Origin: Candidatus Poseidoniaceae archaeon
GTDB taxonomy: Archaea; Thermoplasmatota; Poseidoniia; Poseidoniales; Poseidoniaceae
Assembly (NCBI GenBank): GCA_029250345.1
Contig: JAQXFL010000033.1
Coordinates: 1 to 37,159, forward strand
Direction: 5' to 3'
Length of the DNA: 37,159 nt
The notes under the pieces are model-generated. The model was given only the letters and a program-made list of their open reading frames with translations, did not search any database and was not told where the DNA came from. Each line of letters opens with the position of its first letter. The first letter of the stretch is position 1. This document shows positions 1 through 9,000 of this stretch, one piece after another. The position numbers and the translations under genes were made by a program.

Positions 1-2
1 CC

Positions 3-434
3 GGTGCCTCTGCAGGTGGAATTGTCCATAACCAACGGGTGTGGTTTGATTGCGTTGCCCCTCAAGTCGGTCATGAAATCTGTTCATCGGATGGAACGGT
101 TGCTGGAACTCGAATTGAAGCGGACCTGCATCAGGGATTAACTGGCTCAAACGTTCTCACCTTCGCTTCACATGATGCGACGCTGTTCTTCCTTGCTTCG
201 GGAGAAATGGACGGTGCTGAAACTGGTTCAATACTCTGGCAAGCCTCAGACGGTGAAATATCACCTGCCTATGACCCGTGGCCCGGACTGAACAACCATT
301 CAGCATCTGGAACGTATGGTGGACTTGTTCTTACTGAACACCATCTCATGTTCGCCTCACACGATGGTGTTCGTGGGCATGAAATCCATGCATGGAGTCA
401 CGGTCAAGTCACCGAAGATTGGTTGATTTGGTAG
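3..434 (+). CDS. ELWxxDGT-repeat (beta-propeller) protein, C-terminal part, 5'-truncated
   Basis: The frame is open from base 3 to the TAG ending at 434. It contains GHEICSSDGTVAGT and LMFASHDGVRGHEIHAW, resembling ELWxxDGT blades. Confidence 0.7.
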   Translation, partial: GASAGGIVHNQRVWFDCVAPQVGHEICSSDGTVAGTRIEADLHQGLTGSNVLTFASHDATLFFLASGEMDGAETGSILWQASDGEISPAYDPWPGLNNHSASGTYGGLVLTEHHLMFASHDGVRGHEIHAWSHGQVTEDWLIW

Positions 435-1259
435 TTATCGCAAATGAATGCAGTGTGGGCAAGATTCCTCGACCACATACTCTGGTGATTCTTGCTCTTC
501 AACCGTTAACGGTTGCCGACACGCAAAGCATTGCACAACATCGCTTTGTTCCAAATCCGGTCGCAATGCAACCCGATGATCGAATACAAAGCAATCGCCA
601 TCCCAGTGCTCGCCGCCAACCTCTTCGAAGTATCCGAGTATCCCGCCTTTGAGTTGTTTGACGTTGGAAAAACCAGCATCCATCATCACCACACTTGCTT
701 TCTCACAACGGATTCCGCCCGTACAGAACATCACAACCGGTGTGTCTTTCATATCCATCGGCAACTTACCGACTGCTTCTGGGAATGCTCGAAACGATTT
801 GATGTTCAAGTCGACAGCATTTTGAAACGTGCCCAATCGGATTTCGTAATCGTTTCGAGTATCGATGATTGCTACTTCTCGTCCTTCGTCAAGCCATTGC
901 TTAAACTCGGTTGGAGTAATCTCATCCCCTGTTCTTTGAGCAGGTTTTACATTATCCATGCCCAACGAAATGATTTCCTTTTTCAGTCGAACGTTCATTC
1001 TGTTAAACGGCTGATAGTCGGTGTAGGAGTATTTGAGCGTCATATCAGCAAATCGATTATCCTCATCCAAGAATTCACGATAAGTATCGATACCTTGTTG
1101 TTCACCTGCAAGAAAGAAATTGATTCCCTCGTGTGAGAGTAAAACGGTACCACGCAATCCCGCTTCCTGGCATTTAGCAAGGAAAGGTTGCCGAAGGTGG
1201 TCACGGTCAGGTAAATCGACAAAGCGGTATCCTGCAATGTTCGAAATCTGTTCCGCCAT
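435..1259 (-). CDS. trhO: UPF0176 rhodanese-domain protein (TrhO-like tRNA U34 hydroxylase)
   Basis: Motifs LRGTVLLSHEGIN, RLKKEII, DTRNDYE..GTF, FCTGGIRCEK, LKGGILGY, CFVFDHRV and a C-terminal CxxC...CxxC. Start placed at MAEQIS (1259) because the longer ORF overlaps nadE. Confidence 0.8.
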   Translation of the reverse strand: MAEQISNIAGYRFVDLPDRDHLRQPFLAKCQEAGLRGTVLLSHEGINFFLAGEQQGIDTYREFLDEDNRFADMTLKYSYTDYQPFNRMNVRLKKEIISLGMDNVKPAQRTGDEITPTEFKQWLDEGREVAIIDTRNDYEIRLGTFQNAVDLNIKSFRAFPEAVGKLPMDMKDTPVVMFCTGGIRCEKASVVMMDAGFSNVKQLKGGILGYFEEVGGEHWDGDCFVFDHRVALRPDLEQSDVVQCFACRQPLTVEEQESPEYVVEESCPHCIHLR

Positions 1260-1282
1260 GGTGGACTCACAAGCCTCAGCCT

Positions 1283-1288
1283 TTTGAT
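1283..1288 (-). promoter_or_regulatory. Putative TATA-position hexamer ATCAAA
   Basis: Begins 29 nt upstream of ATG 1259; one mismatch to the hexamer seen at the same spacing before other genes. Confidence 0.4.
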
Positions 1289-1299
1289 TCATTCCGAAC

Positions 1300-3066
1300 T
1301 CAATATCGCCAGTCGTGACGAGAAGCGAGTGGACGGCGCCATCCTTGCCCGAAGGCTCGCTTTGACACGCGAGGTGCCGGTGACATTTGCCAGCGTTTAT
1401 GTTCACTGCGCTCCAGTCGTGTGAGAACTTCGACCACCTCACTGCGATCGAAACCCTTGGCCGCAATGGCCTCAGCATCGAGACCTTCCTCAATGTGGCA
1501 ATGCAAAATCGCATCGAGGGTCGGATACGGTGGCAATGAATCCTCATCTTTCTGGTCTGGCGCTAATTCTGCGGACGGCGGCTTGGTTCGGGAAGAGGCG
1601 TTGATTGGTGGGGTTCTTCCCGCTTGTTCAGCGCGAGCGTTGAAGACATCGGCAAGCCCGTAGACCTGCATTTTGTAGAGGTCGCCAAGCGGTGCGTAAC
1701 CGCCGGCCATATCACCGTACAGCGTACAGTAACCTTGAGCAATTTCGGATTTGTTGCCGGTGGCAATGGCCATTCGACCTTGAGCATTGGCGTGGGCCAT
1801 GACAATCAAGCCTCGGAGACGGGCTTGGAGGTTTTCAGAGGCAACGGGATGCCCATCGCTCAGCATGTCTCCAATTGAGGCTTCAACAGATGCATGGAAT
1901 GAATCGATTTCGATGGAATCGAACACAAGGCCAAGCGACTCAGCAGTATGTCGGGCATCATCGATGGAGTGCTGAGACGAATGACGGCTCGGCATGGCGA
2001 GCCCTGTTACGTTCTGTGGGCCAACAGCTGCTGCAGCAACACACGCTGCAACAGCAGAATCAATTCCGCCGGAGAGGCCCAGAACAATGGAATTGATACC
2101 GGATTTGCGGCAGTAATCGGAAAGACCGGTCACGACAGCGTCGGTGAGGTCTTCAAGCAGGTCTTTGTCGTATTCTCGTCCGTCATCGTCGGCAGAGAGG
2201 TGCCGTAAAGCATCGGAGCCGATGTTCAGTGCGTCCGGTGATTGTGATGGAATCCAGTGACACTTTTCAGCATCATCGATATCGACCATCAATACACCTT
2301 CTTGCCACGCAGGAGCGACAACCACTCGGCCATCAGGCCAAGCGACAAGTGAGTTGCCGTCAAACAACAAATCATCGTTACCTCCAACTTGGTTTGCCAG
2401 CAGGAATGGGTGTCCAAGAACTGCTGCAGCGGTACGGCATACATGGATGCGAGCACTCAATTTATCGGCGTGATACGGCGACGCTGAGAGATTGACTGTT
2501 GCGTCGAGGAGAACGCCTTGCCTGCCCCATTCAGCCAAATGTTCGATGGGGTCCGCAGAGTACGTCGAAGGCGTGAGACCTGCCGTTTGCCATGCGTCTT
2601 CGCATACCGTTACGCCAAGGTTGAGATCGGCAATTGTGCGGGCGATTCCGGAGCGATTATCCGGTTGAAAGTAGCGTGCTTCATCGAACACATCGTAGGT
2701 TGGAAGGAGTTGCTTTCTTGCCACGACATGAGAATTTCCTTCACCACTGGGATGAGCGCCCGATGAACCGGCTCGGACAACACCGTTTGCAGGGAGTTGT
2801 CGTTTGGCTTGAGGCAAAATCGGGGTCCCAACCAGAACTGGAAGATCAACACGCAGTGAACTCGCAGTCTTCTGTGCCAGAGAGATGAATTCTTCTTGCA
2901 GCAGTAAATCACGAGGAGGATACCCGGAGATGGCGAGTTCCGTTGTTACAGCGACATGAGCACCCTGACTGGAAGCGAGCGACGCAAGATGTTCGAGTCG
3001 AGTAGCATTACCCGTCAAGTCACCGACCGTAGGGTCAACTTGCAAAAGGCCAATCCATCGACTCAT
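1300..3066 (-). CDS. nadE: Glutamine-dependent NAD+ synthetase
   Basis: N-terminal nitrilase domain with E-K-C triad (TELAISGYPP, RKQLLPTYDVFDE, VCED), then synthetase motifs LGLSGGIDS, ENLQARLR, TGNKSE, PPSAEL. A GGTGA SD-like sequence precedes ATG 3066. Confidence 0.93.
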   Translation of the reverse strand: MSRWIGLLQVDPTVGDLTGNATRLEHLASLASSQGAHVAVTTELAISGYPPRDLLLQEEFISLAQKTASSLRVDLPVLVGTPILPQAKRQLPANGVVRAGSSGAHPSGEGNSHVVARKQLLPTYDVFDEARYFQPDNRSGIARTIADLNLGVTVCEDAWQTAGLTPSTYSADPIEHLAEWGRQGVLLDATVNLSASPYHADKLSARIHVCRTAAAVLGHPFLLANQVGGNDDLLFDGNSLVAWPDGRVVVAPAWQEGVLMVDIDDAEKCHWIPSQSPDALNIGSDALRHLSADDDGREYDKDLLEDLTDAVVTGLSDYCRKSGINSIVLGLSGGIDSAVAACVAAAAVGPQNVTGLAMPSRHSSQHSIDDARHTAESLGLVFDSIEIDSFHASVEASIGDMLSDGHPVASENLQARLRGLIVMAHANAQGRMAIATGNKSEIAQGYCTLYGDMAGGYAPLGDLYKMQVYGLADVFNARAEQAGRTPPINASSRTKPPSAELAPDQKDEDSLPPYPTLDAILHCHIEEGLDAEAIAAKGFDRSEVVEVLTRLERSEHKRWQMSPAPRVSKRAFGQGWRRPLASRHDWRY

Positions 3067-3082
3067 CGTATCACCAGGGCCG

Positions 3083-6000
3083 TCACTTATGCTGTACAAT
3101 TTCGCCTTCTGCGTTCTTGTACCACCATTCATTGGCTTCTTTGTCATGGTACCACCAGTAACCATCAGAGCCCATTACCCAGTCGGTTTCCTCGGTGTTT
3201 GAAGAAGGTGTGTCTTCGCTTACTGCGCCGGTTGCAGCTGCAGCCGTAGCCACTGATTCCGAACCGGTGTCGTCGACAGCGACCTCCTCTGCCTCTTCCT
3301 CTTCGTCTTCGTCTTCATACTCGAACTCAGAGGAGTATTCATCCCAATCGTATTCGGATTTAGAGCCGCGGTTGAGGGTTTTTCGACGAGCCCAAAGAAG
3401 ACCGGTCGTAATGATGGATACGAAGAGTAGCCCCGCTAAACTACCAAGCAATGGGTGAACATCGCCAAAGATTTGCTCTGAGAAAGAAACCTCGCGAGTT
3501 GGCCGGACATCAATGGATGGACCAATCGCACCTGTATCATCTACAATCTGAACTTCGACCCACTGCAAACCAGTTTGTGTAGGATTCCAGTCCGTGGCCA
3601 CCGGGACAATGCCTCCGAGAGGCACCTCAACGGTGACACGCTGTAGATTTGAGCGTTCACCTGTGGCTTGAACTTCTGTGAAAATCACCTCAACTGAGCC
3701 ATCGAGTGTACCCGTATTTTCAACATAGGCAGTGACAATAGAAGTTTGTCCAAGTTCAACTAGATAGCGTGAATACGTTATGGAAGTGCTTTGTAATTCA
3801 AACTCAGGCTTGAGCCATACCATGTCCCAAACAGCGACTGGAGAACCAGGTTCAGCACCGTCAAGACCGAGGACTTCGTTTCCTGCTAGGTCACGGCCAG
3901 CGACATACATGTGCACTGAAAGTCTGTTCTCAAGCATTTCATCGGTAATCTCGCTGAGGTCAAAAGAGCCAACAACTTCGAGCCTTAGACCGGAGAGATC
4001 TGTGCCGAGTAAGTTCAGTGGTTCGACTCCATTACGAAGACGGTCGCCGGTCGCTTTCTCTTCAACCCACCAAACGAGTTCGAGAGAGTCGACGTCCAAT
4101 CCTCCGGCTTCTGACATCAGGATTTTCACTTCATGAGATTCCGGTTCAAGAACCGAGAACGGTCGAGGATTCGAGACTTCTACCGGTTGAGGCCCTGTGC
4201 CGTCCACAATAATCCAGCGCACAGCGTTGTTAAGGTCGGTGGAGTCGATACCTTGACCTTCAAGACATCCCACTTTCCACGTGAGTGGAATGGTTTGGGT
4301 TGTCGATGGTGCTTGCAATGCTACAGACCAAACGCCATCAAGTGAATTGGCTGAAGAAGTGGAACCGGAGAACAAGAGGTCGATTTGGCAATCAAAGTCT
4401 GGAACGGTTCCTGTTTCCGAGAAGACGACGTTTCCTGCGATTTCGAATGGGCTGCTTGGAGCGATTCGAGCACCATCACCGAGCAATGCACCCTGCGAGA
4501 GAATGAGCGTTACGGTTTCTTCTGGAACTTCAAGAGCAGCGGAGAAACGCCATCGATGTTCTGGGAAGGCACGGAATACTTCCTGTCCTGCTCGGTCAAT
4601 CATGCGGATTCCTGGCTCTCTGCGTGTCTCGCCGAGGTCAGGGGTCGTCCAAGCGAGCTTGAAATCAACATTGAGCGTCAAATCGGTTTCGTAAGGGTCT
4701 GCTGGACCGTCGGCGCCAAGCATTTGACAGTCCTCAATCAAGACGTGAGGGCTGGTTGTCGTACAATTTCCAGTCGTAAAATCCCAACGAATCGGTAACG
4801 GGTCACTGCCTTGGTTTGACGCAAGTTCAACGATGACCGTCGTGAGGTCTGAACCGCCGTTTGGTTCGGTGATATCAACATCTAAGGTGTAAGGCATTTG
4901 TGGGTGAAGCCAAGGGTTCTTTCCGTCGGTATATGAATAAGCATTCGGAGCTACACTCGGGGCGCCGTCAACCGCCAACTGGTACATGAACAGGTGCTTA
5001 TCAACAACATCTGAGCCTCCAAACTCCAAAGGATGGCCTGCATCATCTGTGCCGGTCAAATAAACCGAAACTTTCTGCCCTAGACTGCCTCCGGTATCAT
5101 CCATCATGAACGTGTACTGCCCAATCAGTGGGCTCAAATCGTTCGGAGTGAACAGCGACATAGGCTGGTACTCGCCCTCATCTGGCCACTGGTTTGAATT
5201 GGCATCATCGAACCATTCTCGCCATACCATGGCTTGAATATTGGTTGGGAGAATTGGTTGGTCCGAAATCTGGATTTGGACCGTTTGAGTCGTTGACGGC
5301 ATACGATGGTCGTAGCGGTCCATGTTGACCTCGAGCACTCGCGGAGAGATGGTGTCAATGTGGAACGTTCGCTCAAGAGAGGTGAAGTCCGGATGGACCG
5401 AACCGTTTTCTGAGGTAAGTTCGATGCGCCATGTCAAAGGCCCGAAGGTGAACGGAACCGTGTCCTGATAGTTCCAAGTGTTCTCATCCAATGTTGTTGT
5501 GTTGGCAACCAGAACATCACCTCTGTAAAGCGAAAGCATTCCTTCTCCGTCCATGAAAGCGTCAATCGTAGAGACATTTTCGAATCCGACAAAGGCAGAG
5601 ATGTTGAGTTTAGTGTACGGAAGAAGGTAGTAATCCGATGAACCCAAAATGAGGTTTTCATCAGCGTTCGTGAAGGTCATAATGTTCAGTGTCAAATCAT
5701 TCTCATAGGCTTGGTTGCCGAAAACGCCGTATGTGAAAGTACTCGGCATGGAATACACGGTATTCGAAAGCTGGAGCCGTGTCGTTATTTTCATGGTATC
5801 CGTATCGTCCCATAACGGTAAAATCCGGAATTTTACATCGACGAGAACACTCGTGCCGGTTTGATTGAACGAGATTGACTCCGTTGGATGCAGTTCTATC
5901 AACTCAAAATCACCGGTTCCAAACGGTGTTGCCCCTGAGACTGGAACGGTCCACGTTGCCTGGTGATCATCATCAAGAACATCGAGGCGGATGGAACTCG

Positions 6001-9000
6001 GAGCAACTCCAATCACCGAGTACGACATACTGATTGTTCTCCATCGTTGACTTGGTGTGAGAACATCCACTTCAGGGTCAATGGTAGCGGTGTTCAAAAC
6101 AACGACTGCCGAGGAATTGAGACCGAGAACTTCAACGGTAAGACCGCCCTTTTGAGTAGAGGTGAGAGGCAATGGAATCTCATGCATACCGCCGACCAAA
6201 GGCAGCAATTTTCTGGCATCGTTGAGGTTGAGTACAAAAGTGGAATCGGACTCAAATGTTTGTGATGCCTGAGCGGAATAGGTGACCGAGAGACCGCTAA
6301 AATCGACGGTCGATGACGCATAGACTTCAATGTCGACTTCAACAAATCTTGTACCGAGATGATTCAAGCCGCCCTGGCCAGCAATCGATTGCTCGATGTT
6401 ATCACGAGTCGTCTGGTTGAGTTCAACATGCATAAGCGAAGTTTCATTGATCGTTTCAGATGCAAGAATCTGTGACTGATACAGCATGGTATAGCCGGTA
6501 ATAGAGGAATCAGCGTCCGTAACACCAAACGAGAAAGAGTGGAGTTCCGATAGCGGTACGAGGATTTTGGTTGTTGCATATCCTGAAGAGCCAACCGTTT
6601 CTGAAATGCTCTTGTTACCGTTTGAGAAAACGTCCTGCCAGCCCCAAGTACCGATGGTTGAGAAATCAGCACCCCACTCAAAGTCACCGTCATCGTTGAA
6701 ATCAAACCGTGGGTTGCTTGCGACTTCCCCGTAGTGAACACGGGTCTCAAACGATTCAACAGTCCAATATGCCAAGCCTGAATTCAACGGAACCAAACGG
6801 AACTGAAGCTCATACATTGGAGCCGATGAAGAAACATCGAAAGCACCCATGTTTGCCACAACCGTCCAAGATGCATTTGTTGTATCCCACATCTGGAGTT
6901 CGACATTGGTTCCTGTGACGCTACCGGTGACTCGTGATGTTGGTGCCACCAGTTGTCGAGAATCCATAGTTACGGAACAAGTAGAATCTCCTCGGTAGCC
7001 GTCAATATCGATTCCGGTGACGACGACTGTTGCGTTTTGCGCACCACCAGTCACATTCACCTCATCACCAATGGAATACAATTGCCCACCGTCTTGAACG
7101 AGAGGAGAAAGGAGTTCTCCGCCCCAGTTCCGTACAGCTTGTACCGTAAACATTCCACCGGTTCCTCCAGACACAGTAATTTGGTCGCCCACTGAATATC
7201 CCGAGCCTCGGCCAACAATCGACACTGAAGTTAGATTGCCACCAAGAGCGTAGACTGAATCGATTTCAATACGAGCGTTGAAATCTCCTCCCGAGAGAGT
7301 AATGAGGTCGTTCACCGCATACCCCGAGGCGTTGTTGAGGATGGTGTAACCTGTGATGGTGCCGCCTTGCCGGTTCGTATCGAGCACGGTGAAGTTTGCA
7401 TTGCTGTCCCCACCTGGTATGTTGAGAGTATCACCAACATCGTAATTGAGGCCAGGTGTACTGAATGAAATCGACGTGATTCCGCCACCGGTTTCAGTGA
7501 GACCAGTCGTGTAAAAGTAAGCGTCTGCGTCCCCACCTGAGATGTAGAGTTTATCGTAGAAACCGTAACCTGAACCGCCGCTAATGATGCTAATTGAAGT
7601 GATTGCGCCACCAGAAACTGAATCAATACTGACGCGCAGACCCGAGCCGGAACCGCCGCTCGTGAAAGCAAAACTCGTTGTCGAATAATTCGTTCCGCCG
7701 TTAAGGAGTGAATAACTGGTCGGAATTCCAGTGATAATCGGGCTGGCGGTATAGTCGATTTTCAAACCGCTACCGTTGCCGCCGCTCAATGCGACGTCGT
7801 TCGAGGAAGTGTATCCTGAACCGCCGTTCAACGAGGTGTAGAGTGATACAGCACCAGAACCGGTGATTGGCGTAGCTGTCGTCTGAATCTGTAGACCCGA
7901 ACCACTTCCGCCGTTTGGTGAGATGGTCTGTGAAGTGTATCCTGTGCCTCCCGCTGAAAGGCTTGAACCGTCCACGATACCTGACGTAACGGGGGTGGCA
8001 ACCGTAGCCACTGTGAGGCCAGTTCCGTTACCACCGCTGGTCGCTCTACCGTTACTGGTATTGGTGTAAAGGGAACCAACAGAAGTGACGCTCGAGAGTG
8101 AGTCAACTTCGTCTAAAATGTAAGGCAATGGACTGGTTTGAACGGTTAAACCGGTGCCGTGTGAACTGGTTGTTGCGACCGAGGACGAAGCAAGGTAAGC
8201 CCACCCCGGATCGAGAACATCGACTGTTGTTGCGGAGCCGTATGCGGTGAATTGGCCGTTCGCACCGCACATCGACTCAGAATTTCCGAGGTTTTGCCAA
8301 TCGGAATACCTTGTCGACATTGTCCCATCACCCGTCAGCGAATAGACGAGCGGAAGTATTCCATCCGAACCAGCCGAAAGAGAGAGCCGAATGCGTATCG
8401 AATCATGGACCGACTCATCGATGAGGTGGAGCGGTACTGTGAATGTATTCGAGCCAGTGAAGCCGGGAATTTCAACACCGTTGTCATCGAGTACCGTCCA
8501 GTTGAGTGATGCACCCGCAGGTACATAGGCGTCAATATTCATCGGTGCATAGATCGTTTTTGCCACTTGGAAGGAAGACGAGGAAGACCAACCAATACTC
8601 GGACTTGTCCAGTTCGAAACCGGTGGGGAAGCGATGCGAACATCGTCAAAGAACCAGTAATCATAGGTCGAACCTGTGCCGCCGGTTTGCAACATACGGA
8701 TTTGGGTGTTTGAATGCAATGCTGCTGCGGGCAATGTCCCAGTCCACTGCAGTGGAGGTTGATTGAAGGTGCTGCCGGACCATGTTTGGAGCGTTGTCCA
8801 AGTGCCTGAAGCGGTTTTGTATCGCAGTTGAAGGTCTTCGTTGGTGTCCGGTTCTTCACCGCAACTGGAAGTACCTTGTCGAATCCAAATATGAATAGGA
8901 ACAGCGTTTGCACCTGCCAAATTGATGGTTGGAGAGGTTGCGTGTTCAGAAGATGAGGCAGAAGGTGCTTGTGTTTTGATTGAACCTCCCGAGGTGCCGT

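Noticed and set aside
1260-1547. N-terminal extension of the 370-aa ORF
   Set aside because: It overlaps the nadE 3' end; family similarity starts at MAEQIS (1259).
3195-3458. Ser-rich ORF (and 23266-23550)
   Set aside because: These are antisense reads of acidic or low-complexity coding tracts.
7001-8239. Prophage or provirus suggested by phage-structural-like GSGY repeats
   Set aside because: The repeats are in frame inside a cellular-type membrane protein; no capsid, terminase or integrase genes or att sites are visible.
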